A stretch of DNA of 64,000 bases from Octopus bimaculoides (taxonomy: Eukaryota): positions 14,974,227 through 15,038,226 of the forward strand of contig NC_068995.1 of NCBI RefSeq assembly GCF_001194135.2. Direction: 5' to 3'. A program made the translations under genes and the position numbers. This document shows positions 48,870 to 61,712 of the stretch, piece by piece. Every line of letters starts with the position of its first letter. Position 1 is the first letter of the stretch. The notes under the pieces are model-generated. The model was not told the DNA's origin, did not search any database, and saw only the letters and a program-made list of their open reading frames with translations.

Positions 48870-50742
48870 ATGTATATATGAGTTTATATGTATGTATATA
48901 TATGTGTGTGTATGTATAAAGTCAATGTTTTTTTGTTTATCCCCCACGCTGTAGGAATGCCACACATAAATATATACATGTTCATACTTTCATATACACA
49001 TAGCAACAATCTCTTGTACTAAATGAATTTGGTGATAAAGTGAAATTGGTAATCTTCATTCAAGTATCATGTTTTAGATTTGATATTTGAACAAAGCTTA
49101 CCAATTGCTTGCAACCACAATTGTAATCATTAAGAATATATATGAAGTTTAATTGATAGTGAGTGCAAGAGACAGAGATTGAGAGAGAAAGAGAGAGAGC
49201 ACACTAGTGTCAGAGTAATTAGGAAATAAAGAGTTCACCTTAAATTTTGATGGCTGTTTTCCTTTTCTGTCTTTCATTTACCCAATTACTCTTCTAATAT
49301 CAGCTTATCTCTGTATATTATGTTAATTTCTATATTACTCTGGTCACACTCATAATGTTGCTCAAATGTATTCCTTACTTGTATTCAAATCCTGTCATCT
49401 TTCACTGGTACTATACTAGTTTATACATATGTGTGTGTGTGCGAATGTAAATAGATCTCATATATGTGTGTGTTTGTAAATAAATCTATCTATATATAGA
49501 TGTGTGTGTGTGTGTATCTCCCTCTCATTTATATATATATATATATATATATGTTGTTTGATTTTTATGTTCAGTTATAATAAAAACAATATCACATTAA
49601 TCTGAAGGGTTACTCTATATTTTAGTAGAGTACAAATTTTTTATTCATAAACAAGAATATTTTTGACAGTGACTTGAAGTTTCAGCCAGCTGAACCATCA
49701 TCTAACAGTGACAATGGCTTAGCTGGCCAAACTTTCAAAGTCACTATCAACAATATTCTTGCTTAAGAATAATATATATATATATATATATATAAGGTTG
49801 AGGAGGGTATTGGATTTAACCAAACCCAAGAGGATACAGGTAATACCGAGTAAGTGCTGTATACCGACTAGTTTGCCCCAGTCGCTGTATGAACAGGATT
49901 GGGTATTATAAGTCGTGTATTAGTGTGTGTATACTAAAAATATCCGCCTATGGATATAATAATAGATTACTTTATTTTTTCTGTCTCCGATGAAGTGAAG
50001 TACTGGATCTTCCCAGAAACTGCTGTAAGACTCTATCCATAAAATACTTCTCCAACCTTACCATTGCTCTCTTTATCTTTTNNNNNNNNNNNNNNNNNNN
50101 NNNNNNNNNNNNNNNNNNNNNNNNNNNNNNNNNNNNNNNNNNNNNNNNNNNNNNNNNNNNNNNNNNNNNNNNNNNNNNNNNNNNNNNNNNNNNNNNNNNN
50201 NNNNNNNNNNNNNNNNNNNNNNNNNNNNNNNNNNNNNNNNNNNNNNNNNNNNNNNNNNNNNNNNNNNNNNNNNNNNNNNNNNNNNNNNNNNNNNNNNNNN
50301 NNNNNNNNNNNNNNNNNNNNNNNNNNNNNNNNNNNNNNNNNNNNNNNNNNNNNNNNNNNNNNNNNNNNNNNNNNNNNNNNNNNNNNNNNNNNNNNNNNNN
50401 NNNNNNNNNNNNNNNNNNNNNNNNNNNNNNNNNNNNNNNNNNNNNNNNNNNNNNNNNNNNNNNNNNNNNNNNNNNNNNNNNNNNNNNNNNNNNNNNNNNN
50501 NNNNNNNNNNNNNNNNNNNNNNNNNNNNNNNNNNNNNNNNNNNNNNNNNNNNNNNNNNNNNNNNNNNNNNNNNNNNNNNNNNNNNNNNNNNNNNNNNNNN
50601 NNNNNNNNNNNNNNNNNNNNNNNNNNNNNNNNNNNNNNNNNNNNNNNNNNNNNNNNNNNNNNNNNNNNNNNNNNNNNNNNNNNNNNNNNNNNNNNNNNNN
50701 NNNNNNNNNNNNNNNNNNNNNNNNNNNNNNNNNNNNNNNNNN

Positions 50743-50786
<44 letters not shown>

Positions 50787-50799
50787 CACACACATATAT

Positions 50800-50962
50800 A
50801 TGACAGGCTTCTTTCAGTTTCTGTCTACGAAATCCACTCCCAAGGCTTTGGTCCGCCCGAGGCTATAGTAGAAGACACTTACCCAAGGTGCCATGCAGTG
50901 GGAATGAACCCGGAACCATGTGCTTGGTAAGCAATCTACTTACCACACAGCCACTCCTGCGC
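50800..50962 (-). mobile_element. SINE family A, 5' half
   Basis: Reverse-complement head ending taccacacagccactcctgcgc. Confidence 0.85.
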
Positions 50963-51498
50963 TAGTAATTTTAAGGAGAAAGTGCAGGTCAATAATGCAT
51001 GAAAAAAGAAAAAAACCCAAATGGTCTTAGCTTGAACGTTTGTCATCATAAACTTACAAGATTAAAGCTGACCTGGTTAAACAACAACAATAACTTAATA
51101 TTTTTACTGTCAAAATTGAGTACCAGCTAACAAGAACACTCTCTGATAACTCAAAATTTAGTCAGAAGTTAAAAATAGGAGCCCATTCACATAGGATGAC
51201 TATTGAATTTCAGAATTTTTCAACTTTAAAACTTTTACAAGGATGTGGTATTATTTGCAAGGTTGTCTGGGTTTATGTTTATGGAAGAGGTATTTATTTT
51301 AGTTCAGTGCTCACACAAATATTTGCTGTACAAATCAAGGTCAAAGGTCAGCTTTACTTTTACACACAGTTAGTTGTTCTTTGGATTTAAGTTTAAGGTG
51401 CATAGCAAAGCAGCAGTGAGGTGCCTGAAATCTGCTACCATACTCCCTATCCTTCCTCTTCCTCAAGCATATCTTGCTCTCTCCCTCTCTTTCTCTCT

Positions 51499-51529
<31 letters not shown>

Positions 51530-51538
<9 letters not shown>

Positions 51539-51823
51539 ATAAGAGTGAAAAAACTACAGAAGGCTTGTGTTACATGGTTTAAGTAATATTTAAATTATGT
51601 CAGAAAAATGTTATAAAATTTTTTTGGTATATAAACATTGTATTTGGAGAAATAACCGGTTTCGTGTTGTCTTTTCAAATTTCTCTACTTCATTGTAACA
51701 TGTGTTCGCTCCAAGACTGTTATACCAAAAAAATTTTATAACATTTTTCTGACATAATTTAAATATATACTTTAACCATGTAACACAAGCCTTCTGTAGT
51801 TTTTTCACTCTTATTATCTTTTA
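51530..51823. mobile_element. Fold-back element, about 105-bp arms, adjacent to (TA)n
   Basis: aaaagataataagagtgaaaaaactacagaaggcttgtgttacatgg... inverted at ...ccatgtaacacaagccttctgtagttttttcactcttattatctttt. Confidence 0.85.
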
Positions 51824-52285
51824 TACATCCAACCACGTGCTTTCACATACCAACTTTCTCACCTATATATATATATATATATATATCTGTCTAGCCCCTC
51901 CTCTCTTCTACCTATCTCTCTGATATTTATATCATATATATATAGATATACATACATATATGTGCATGTGTATCTATCTATATATATATACACACACATA
52001 TATACTCACACCTGTTATATGTAACAAAAGCTGTATTGGATTTCTGTTTCACACTTAAGGTAAATACATTGCAAAAAAGCCAACTTATTGCAGTGTTCAT
52101 TCACAGATAATATCTCTGAGTTACTACACTCTCTGAGTGGTTGGCGTTAGGAAGGGCATCCAGCTGTAGAAACTCTGCCAAATTAGATTGGAGCCTGGTG
52201 TTGCCATCCAGTTTCACCAGTCCTCAGTCAAATCGTCCAACCCATGCTAGCATGGAAGGCGGACGTTAAATGATGATGATGATGA

Positions 52286-52620
52286 CATGCTGTGTTTAAG
52301 AAGACCAAATATATTAGGAGCAAATGAAAATTGCTTTTGTCCACCATGCACTATACCCTGCAAGATTTTCTTAGCTAGGCCAAAGCTTCCCATGACATGG
52401 CCATGCCATTTCAGTTTCCTTGTCTTCACAATTCCCAGCTGATCCTTGTGTGGCTCGAGTTATTCTCATCCTCACTTTCGGTATTTATCCAGAGATAATA
52501 CATCTTATAACATGAGATGTTTAAAAGCATAATATATATCAGAAGCAGATGAAAGTCATCCTAGAATGCTTGATGTGCATTTCTGCCTCATTGAGTGTTA
52601 TCAGTAGCATATATACATAG
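52286..52620 (-). pseudogene. RTE (BovB-like) LINE fragment
   Basis: MKTRKLKWHGHVMGSFGLAKKILQGIVHGG matches the RTE motif KRRKLKWYGHV.RS.GLAK.ILQGTV.GG. Confidence 0.8.
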
Positions 52621-53040
52621 ACAACTGTATGCTAAGATGAAATCTGTTGTTACCTTTATAGAAAATCGGTGACTGAACAATCACTGGTGTTGCAAAAAGC
52701 TACCTGGCACTAAATTCTGATATACTTGCATAATACCTATCAAAACTGATTGGGAAAGGGTTTCTCTCTTTCAGGTAGTTCATATTGGATTTGTTTCAAG
52801 TTTTGTTTCATTTTGTCTTATTTCAGGTAACTTTATTCTTTTTTTAGGTCGACTCACTCTCCTTCATTATTTGCCTTGTGTCACTCATATACTTCATTAT
52901 TTCTTTTTGTCTCTCTCTCTCTCTAGACACATACATACATGTACATATATATATATATATGTCTGTGTGTGTGTTCATGTATGTATGCCTATCTATCTAC
53001 CTATCTATCTGTCTGTCTGCGTATATATATATATATATAT

Positions 53041-54270
53041 TAGGGATTTTGGAAAGTAAATGTGTTTTACCAGAAAGGATATAAAAACGAATGTAAAATA
53101 TGTCTATCTGAATAGTTTTAATCAAGACTGTAATCACCATTGTTTTCAACAACTGTAGTCCATCAGGAAAGTAACTTTTTTTATGCTTTGTTCCAAGAAA
53201 TCTATTTCTTTTCTGGAAAAAAAAAATCTGAAAGACTGTTTTCCACTTCCTCTCTATTTCTGAATGTTTTGCCTCTTATAAAATGTTCTGGTGACTGGAA
53301 CATAGGTGCTAAGTCAGGTGAATATGAAGTATGTGGAAGAACTTCCCATCCTAACGATCTTATTTTTTTCTTGGGTTTGTTTTGAAGAGAGTGATCATGC
53401 TGGAGAATGACACCTTTTCTATTTACCACTTTTAACATAATTTTTCATTTACACAATCAAGTTGTTGGCAATTGATGTCTGGCATTAATGGTCCTTCCAT
53501 GTTCCGATACCTTGTAATGGATGATACCTTTCATATTCCACCAAACACGGGGCAAGGACTTTTTTGGATGGAATTCTGGTTTGATGTTAGCACTGGCTTC
53601 TCATTATGTGATAACCATTGTCTTTTTCGCTTTCTGTTGTGATGCAAGACCCATTTTTTATCACTTGTAACAATGAGCTGCAGAAATAAGAGGCTTGTTA
53701 TTCCTGGTTAGAAGATTGCTGCAGATGGTAGAACGTGTTCAGTTCTCAAATGTAAGCTCATGTGGAACCCAAATTCTCTATTTGAATGTTTTCCTTATTT
53801 GCTTGAGATGTTTGTGGTTAGTTGAACATGACACATTAAATTTTTGTGCTAAATCTCTGGTGCTTTGACATGGATTTGACACATCAGTCTCATTCAAAAG
53901 GTCATCATTCAGAACAGGTTGTCTTCCAGAATGAAGTTTGTCAGTTATGTCACAATCACAATCTTTTAACCTTTTTAACCACAGCTGACATGTACGAACT
54001 TTCACTGCATCTGGATACACTTCACAAATATTTTTCATTGCTTCTGTAGCAGTACTTTTCTTTCAATACTCCTACAGTAAGCAACGGCGAATATGTTGTT
54101 TCATAAAGTTCTTATCCTCCATGGGGTTAATTACTGAATGACACGCTGTCAGATAGAAGAGATCATATACTATTCTAGACAGTTCCCACTCATTCAACCT
54201 TGGTTCTGACATGATTGGTTGATTCATATTTCATAGTGGTGAGAAAATGCAATTATTTTTCAAGCACCCC
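53041..54270 (-). mobile_element. Decayed near-full-length mariner (about 1.23 kb); transposase pseudogene 54122-53118
   Basis: MEDKNFMKQHIRRCLL start, HTH KNICEVYPDAVKVRTCQLW, LGWEVLPHTSYSPDLAP, end WTTVVENNGDYSLD*; degenerate TIRs gggattttggaaagtaaatgtgtttt / aaaatgcaattatttttcaagcaccc; many stops and frameshifts. Confidence 0.9.
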
Positions 54271-54345
<75 letters not shown>

Positions 54346-54529
54346 ATTTAGGGTATCTAAGAATTAGATACCCTAAATTATAATTTTAAATAATTATTAC
54401 CTTTGATGGTTTTTATTCCCATGCTGGTCATCGGATAAAATCGGTATTTAAATATCGATCTTATCCTCATTTATATATATATATATATGAGGACTTGATA
54501 CAGTCCTTAAATCTGTGTCAAGTCCTCAT

Positions 54530-54860
54530 TAAAGGCCTGTGATATGCAGGAGACTGACTGGGAGAACAATGCCTGTCATCGCCACAGATGGAGGAAGCAG
54601 GTTAAGGAGGTGGCCGACACTTTTGAGAGAGCACGTATTCTACATGAAGAACTTAAGCGTGCTGCTCGAAAGCACACTGCTGGTGTAGTGAATGGGGAAA
54701 GCTTGGTCTGCAATGTTTGCAGTCATGTATGCTTGTCGTGAGCAAGGCTCATTAGCCACCAACGGAGCCGCAAATGCAAAATATTAGTTAGTCCTAGAGT
54801 GCACAATGTTCCTGAAGGTCAGCAATGGTCTTACTCGGTCGCGAGTGGATGGCCATTATT
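54530..54860 (+). mobile_element. RTE-type LINE 3' end with C2H2-like motif
   Basis: KACDMQETDWENNACHRHRWRKQVKE...LVCNVCSHVCLS*ARLISHQRS then short 3' UTR into (TA)n. Confidence 0.75.
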
Positions 54861-55001
54861 TATATATATATATATATATATATCATCGTCATTTAATGTC
54901 CACTTTCCATGCTGAGAACTATTCTATTGGACCTCTGTCTAATCATGTCTTTTAAGGTACACACACATACATAGAAAATATGAGGTCATGGTAGGTACAC
55001 A

Positions 55002-55333
55002 TCATCATCATCATCATCATCATCATCGTTTAACGTCCGCTTTTCATGCTAGCATGGGTTGGACGATTTGACTGAGGACTGGTGAAACCAGATGGCTACA
55101 CCAGGCTCCAATCTGATTTGGCAGAGTTTCTACGGCTGGATGCCCTTCCTATCGCCAACCACTCAGAGAGTGTAGTGGGTGCTTTTACGTGTCACCCGCA
55201 CGAAGGCCAGTCAGGCGGTACTGGCAACGGCCACGCTCAAGATGGTGTATTTTATGTGCCACCTGCACAAGAGCCAGTCCAGGGGCACTGGCAACGATCT
55301 CGCTCGAAAATCCTACGAAGGCCAGTCAGGTGA
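55002..55333 (-). mobile_element. SINE family C (repeated at 55440-55772 across an N-gap)
   Basis: Reverse complement of 23019-23260 family. Confidence 0.85.
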
Positions 55334-56225
55334 NNNNNNNNNNNNNNNNGCTGAGAACTATTCTATTGGACCTCTGTCTAATCATGTCTTTTAAGGTACA
55401 CACACATACATAGAAAATATGAGGTCATGGTAGGTACACATCATCATCATCATCATCATCATCATCGTTTAACGTCCGCTTTTCATGCTAGCATGGGTTG
55501 GACGATTTGACTGAGGACTGGTGAAACCAGATGGCTACACCAGGCTCCAATCTGATTTGGCAGAGTTTCTACGGCTGGATGCCCTTCCTATCGCCAACCA
55601 CTCAGAGAGTGTAGTGGGTGCTTTTACGTGTCACCCGCACGAAGGCCAGTCAGGCGGTACTGGCAACGGCCACGCTCAAGATGGTGTATTTTATGTGCCA
55701 CCTGCACAAGAGCCAGTCCAGGGGCACTGGCAACGATCTCGCTCGAAAATCCTACGAAGGCCAGTCAGGTGACGACTGCTGCTTTTGAGTTTGGAGCTCG
55801 ACAGAGATTATCATCATCCAATCTGTTTCCAGTATTTGATGATTGTAACACAATGCAATAGAGATTTCCCTTGATGATTTCTTGTGGTTAGCTCTGCATT
55901 CAATTGCACTTGGATCATCTAATGCAGAGGTTGCAAACAACCACAAGAGTGAAACAGTTCATAGGAAACAAATTGATATAAAGTTGTGTTTATTATAATT
56001 TCTCATGTATTTGTTGTGTAAGACTCTTGATATAAAATCATGTGTTGAAGCAAATACTGTCATACTTGGGGATGGCCTTATTTTGCCAATTAAACACACG
56101 CACAATATATTTTGTATCTTCACTTCAGCTTTGTTATTATTATTATTTCAGTTTCTTTGTCTAAGCTTTTTACTCACACATTCTGTGACCCCCTAACAGT
56201 GATTCTTTATCCCACTTGTCTCTTC

Positions 56226-56454
56226 TTAACCCTTTAGCATTTAAACCAGCTATATCTGGCCAAAAGCATTCTGCTTGTTTTATATTAAAACTGGCCAAAT
56301 CTGGTCTCTCACATCAACCCTACAATATCGTTTTAAAAATTAACAGCTACCTCATCAAAATCTCATAGCTACAAGATAATGCATGATTAGTTCAAAACAA
56401 TGTGGATGAAAAAGCATTAATTTTGGCAGAATAATGCAAACACTAAATGGTTAA
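56226..56454 (+). mobile_element. piggyBac-type MITE
   Basis: TTAA|ccctttagcattt ... aacactaaatgg|TTAA. Confidence 0.85.
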
Positions 56455-57269
56455 TATGCATATTCCAAATGGAATAAGCAGAACAAGAAGAAACATGGGG
56501 GATAAAGAGTCACTGCAGAGATCACTGGCTATGTGACGAGAAAGAGCTTTGACAAAGAAATTAAAATAATAATAATAATAATGGTTTCAAATGTTGCCAC
56601 AAGGACAGTATTTTTGAGGAGAGGGTAAGCTGAAGTGAAAACCAAATAATTAGTGTGTGTGTTTAATTAACAAAATATGACCATTCCCAAGTATAACAAT
56701 ATTCTCATATATTCCTCACTTCTTTTTTTATCTCAATCAAATCTGCCTCCACCTCTTCTCTTCATTTCCCAGTGTTTCCCTCCCCACACCTTCTTTATTG
56801 CTTTCTCTCTCTCTCTCTCTGTCTTTCCTTTTCCTTCTATTACACTTGTATTATTCTATCTAATTCTATTATTCTACCTAATTTCTCCTTTTTGTTTTGA
56901 AAGCTTTATTTTCTTCTTTCCCTCTCTTCTTTACAGCATCTCTTTCACGTTTACTTCTTCCCCGCCCCCATCCATATATTTCACTCTCTGGCATGATTAC
57001 CTGTCACACAAACTTGATTATTGACCACTTCTACCTTTCTCTCCCCCACCCCATCTCTCTCTCCTTGCTTTATAATATTTTCTCTTTCACAGCTTTTAAG
57101 ACAGCCACTCCTTTTTCACTTACAGGATAAACAGAAAGAAGGAAGTCAATAAAAAAATTAAAAAATTGCACATGACTTTTGTGTGTGTGTGTGTGTGTGT
57201 GTGAATATTTACTTCTGATCCTTTCTTGATTGTGCACTTCTTTTCTGTCTTGGTCCAAATCATCTAAAC

Positions 57270-57565
57270 CAGGGGTTTTCAAACTTTTTGACTTGCAGAC
57301 CCCTTTATATTTCAGGCTTTACCTTAGGGACTCCCTTATAAACGCTTATGAAATTTATACATAAATATTTGCTTAAAATAACACATATTTTTACATTTAT
57401 TTATTTAACAGTATCTAACAAATAGGTTTATTGTCAATTAAAAGATTTCGATTAAAAAACATATATAAAATCAAATTGCCCATAAAAAGTATTTGCTGTC
57501 CATGGACCCCTGTCTTGTCCTTGCGGACCCCCTGTGGTCCGGGGACCACAGTTTGAAAACTCCTG
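57270..57565. mobile_element. hAT (Charlie-like) MITE, 296 bp
   Basis: TIRs caggggttttcaaact / agtttgaaaactcctg (15/16) and perfect 8-bp TSD atctaaac (57262-57269, 57566-57573). Confidence 0.92.
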
Positions 57566-57879
57566 ATCTAAACTAATCTTTGTGCATTTATTAATGTGTT
57601 TAACTTATTATTTAATGGAACACCATGTACAGTTATTTTTGTCTACTAGTGATTTCACACACACACACACACGCTACAGGCTTCTTTCAGTTTCTCTCCA
57701 CTCAAAGCTTTGGTCAGCCTGGGCTATAGTAGAAAACACTTTCCCAAGGTACCCCATAGTGGGACTGAGCCCAGGATAATGTCAGGAAGCAAACTTTTTT
57801 TTAACACATGGCCAGCCATGTCATACTCTCTTTCTCACTATATATGTATATGTACGTGTGTGCGTGTTGGGTGGATAGA

Positions 57880-57968
57880 TAAATACTTAGACAAACAGAT
57901 AGATACTTAGACAGACAGACAGATAGATAAATAGACAGACAGACAGATAGATAGATAGATAGACAGAC
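57880..57968. repeat. (AGAT)n/(AGAC)n tetranucleotide microsatellite
   Basis: Visible compound array. Confidence 0.9.
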
Positions 57969-58480
57969 AAATAAAATATCTGGGGAATTTTCTTTATACT
58001 TGTGGGAGATAGCATTCCATTGTGAAGTATAAGTTATTGATATAATTCAATAAAATAAAGAGCCAAACAAATTTTGGGTTAATGTAATTGACTCTGCCCT
58101 TCTCCCTAACTTTGAAGCTTATCAATATTTAATGATTCAATCTCTTTATTTGTATAAATAAGTACAAAGGGCTTATTTATAAATTTCTTATTAGTAGGTA
58201 CAATATATAAAATGACTGAAACAAATCATTTCAATCAGCAGCCACACCTACCAAGTATGATAAACACTGGAAGAATATTAAACTTCAAATGTTCTTCTGT
58301 TAAGCAGAAAGGGTTCTTGACAAAAAAATTAAACATTTAAATGCCTTATTTGTGTTAATATTGATGTACCATTATAAAGTATTGTGGATATAAAAATGTC
58401 AAAGTGGTTTCGATACATATTGCACACACAAAATTGTTGTGTCTACTTTGTTAGAATTAAATGACTTGTGAATAATAAGG

Positions 58481-58870
58481 AGCAAGTGTGGCTGTGTGGT
58501 AAGAAGTTAACTTCCCAACCACAGGGTTCTGAGTTCAGTCCTATGGCATGACACCTTGGGTAAGTGTCTTCTACTATAGCCTTGGACTAACCAAGGCTTT
58601 GTGAGTGGATTTGGTTGATGGAAACTGAAAGAAGTCCATTGTGTGTGTGTGTCTTTGTGTCAGTGTTTGTTCCCCACCACCACTAGGCAACTAGTGATGA
58701 TGTATTTATGTCCCTGTAACTTAGTGGTTTGGCAAAAGAGACTGGTAGAATAAGTATCAGGCTTTAGGAAAATAACAAGTACTGGCATCAATTTTGTTTG
58801 ACTAAAATTCTTCAAGGCAGTGCCCCAGGATGGATGCAGTCTAATGACTGAAACAAGTAAAAGATAATAG
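58481..58870 (+). mobile_element. SINE family A, full length
   Basis: Head gtggctgtgtggtaagaag to tail gactgaaacaagtaaaagataa. Confidence 0.9.
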
Positions 58871-59505
58871 ATGAAAATGTCAAGAGGCTTCCAATTCATA
58901 TTAAACATACAAAGCTGTTGCATCTACTTAATTAGAATTAAATGACTTGTGAATAATAAAGGGATGCATATTTAAAAAAACTGAACCAACTTGACATGAA
59001 TAGGCTTACATAATTAATGAATGTAAAGGGCAGAATATGCAAACAATATATGTATATATATTTAAATATTAATGAAAAAGGTAGAAATTAAAATGCTATG
59101 TTGTTGCTTAGTTATGGTAAGTAATTAGAAAGTTTTGTTGAAGCTATGATGTCATTATCCTCCTCCTTATCATCACCGTCATTTAATGTCTGTTTTCCAT
59201 GCTGACATGGGTTGGATGGTTTGAGTGGAGCCGGTGAAGCCAGAGCTGCACCAGGCTCATCTGTCTGTTCTGGCATGGTTTCTATGGTTGGATGCCCTTC
59301 CTAACGCCAACCATTCCACAGAGTGTGTATTGGTTGCTTTTTTATGTGGCACCAGTATGAATAAACGAGAAGTCAGGATATATATATATATAATAATCGT
59401 CATGCAATGAAAAAACACTTGTGTAATAATAATTGGATATTCTACCAGCAGTATATTGGATAGATAATATCCCTTGGTTGGATTCACAACCTCTAACTTT
59501 CTTGG

Positions 59506-59537
<32 letters not shown>

Positions 59538-59547
59538 NNNNNNNNNN

Positions 59548-59763
59548 TTATTTGATTTCTTATTTCTTTATTGCCCACAAGGGGCTAAACATAGAGGGGA
59601 CAGACAAAGGGATTAAGTCAACTGGTACTTAATTTATCGACCCCGAAAGGATGAATGTCAAACTCGACCTTGGCGGAATTTGAACTCAGAACGTAACGGC
59701 AGACGAAATTACCACTAAGCATTTCACCCGGCGTGCTAACGTTTCTGCCAGCTCACTGCCTTA
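59548..59763 (-). mobile_element. SINE family B with internal deletion and 13-bp TSD
   Basis: Reverse complement from tail to ...ctgccagctcactgcctt; ttatttgatttct at 59548-59560 and 59768-59780. Confidence 0.85.
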
Positions 59764-60054
59764 AACCTTATTTGATTTCTATGTAACCTGTCATTATTTG
59801 ATGTAACCTGTCTCTTATTTGATTTCTATGTAACCTGTCATTGTAAATGCCTTTCTCTCTCAATGCTCTGCACAAAATGAAAGAAATCAATAGTAGATTA
59901 AAAGAATTGTCTGAGCATTGAACAACCATCTTAGAGGAGCCAAGAAAAATAAATACCAGTCAAAACTGAGGTGGTGGGGGTAATAAAATTGATTAATCCT
60001 CTCCCCAGCTGAAATTGCACATCTAATTGCACATCTAAATTAGATACAATTATT

Positions 60055-60670
60055 TAGGGTGGTGAGTTGGAAAAAAATGCTAAGCAGTTTTTCTTCTGGA
60101 ACTTTACATAAAGAAGTTCAAATCCCACTGAGGTCAACTTTGCCTTCTGTCCATCCAGGATTGAAACAATAAAGTCAAAGTACTTTATTGCATCATTTCA
60201 TACCTTCAAAATTGTCAGCCTTTTGCTTAAATTAAAAACTATTATTTACATTATTTTTAAGGGTGTTGTAAAAAAATGCCTTGCGATATTTTTTTCAACT
60301 CTTTAAGTTTTGAGTTCAAATTCTGCAGAGGTCAACTTAGCCTTTCATCCTCTTGGAGTCAATAAGATACAGAACCAGTCAAGCACTGAGTTTGATGCAA
60401 TTGACATGTCTTCTAGCCTAGAATTGCTAGCCATGTGCCAAGGTTTGGAACCATTATTATTGATAAGGTAGCAAGCTAGCAGAATTGTTAGGACACTGGA
60501 CAATATGTTTAGTGGCATTTTGTCTGTCTTTACATTCTATCTTCAAATGCTGCCAATGTCAACTTTGCCTTTCATCCTTTCATTGTTGATGAAATAAGTA
60601 CCAGACAGATACTGGGATCAATGTAATTGTCTAGCCTCTCCCGCAATCAGGCTTTGTCCCTATAGAAGAA
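60055..60670 (+). mobile_element. Three tandem degenerate SINE family B copies
   Basis: Three A-box/B-box/gcctttcatcc modules separated by (ATT)-rich tails. Confidence 0.75.
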
Positions 60671-60700
60671 AGGGTTATTATTAATCATACTTTCAACAGT

Positions 60701-60921
60701 TTTATACTCTTTTACTTGTTTCAGTCATTTGACTGTGGCCATGCTGGAGCACCACCTTTAGTCGAGCAAATCGACCCCAGGACTTATTCTTTGTAAGCCT
60801 AGTACTTATTCTAATTCTATCGGCCTCTTTTTGCCGAACCGCTAAGTTACGGGGACGTAAACACACCATCATTGGTTGTCAAGTGATGCTAGGGGGACAA
60901 ACACAGACACACAAACATATG

Positions 60922-60965
<44 letters not shown>

Positions 60966-61110
60966 CGATGGGCTTAGGGTTAGTTTCCGTCTACCAAATC
61001 TACTCACAAGGCTTTGGTCGGCCTGAGGCTATAGTAGAAGACACTTGCCCAAAGTGCCACGCAGTGGGACTGAACCATGTTGTTGGTAAGCAAGCTACTT
61101 ACCACACACC
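60701..61110 (-). mobile_element. SINE family A, full length, low divergence
   Basis: Reverse complement of 27290-27672. Confidence 0.9.
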
Positions 61111-61712
61111 CACTCAAATCTTTATAATATCACCAACTCCACTTTCTTGTTCCTGAAGTGGGTGCAGCTTTGTCGTTTAGGAATGTAGAATTATATTTGT
61201 CTACTAAACCAGTTTTACTTTGTTGAGTGATTCGTTTTGCTGTTCTTTTGGTATCATTGTCACTATTTATGGTAAGCAAGTTGATAGAATCATTCGCATG
61301 CAGAACAAAATGCTTAGTGGCATCTTTTCTGGCTTTTTGTTCTGAGTTCAAATGCTGCCAAAGCTGACTTCGCTTTTCATCTTTTCAGGGTTGATAAAAT
61401 AAAGTACCGGTCGAGTACTAAAGTCAATGTAGTCAATTAGCACCCTTCCCACTAAATTTCAGTCCTTGAGCCTATAATAGAAAGAATTGTTAGTATTTTG
61501 TGTGTTGTACAGAGTATGCACAATGGGAAGCATGTTATTTTGTCGGGTGGTGTTTGTTTTTAGTATATGTCATGTAATTAGAATTATGTACTTTAGTTGT
61601 GTCAGACTGAAAGTGAAGAGTATATAGCAAGTGAGAGAAGACTTGTTTTATGTATATGGACATCATTTATTGCTACATTAATACAGAAAATGTTCATGCA
61701 ATGCAAAAAGGG

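Noticed and set aside
49972-50930. Long ORFs of 240-288 aa (also 22397-23156, 31801-32323, 17200-17748)
   Set aside because: Composed mainly of X from N-gaps.
54911-55772. 423-bp direct duplication (54911-55333, 55350-55772)
   Set aside because: Copies look identical and are joined by a 16-N gap; most likely overlapping contig ends.
55082-55861. Recurring ORF MKPDG..RLQSDLAEF (also 28043, 43672)
   Set aside because: Antisense reading of SINE C, not a gene family.
55900-55915. miR-92-like seed aattgcactt
   Set aside because: Lies in the hairpin loop, not a stem arm, and the downstream bases do not match miR-92.
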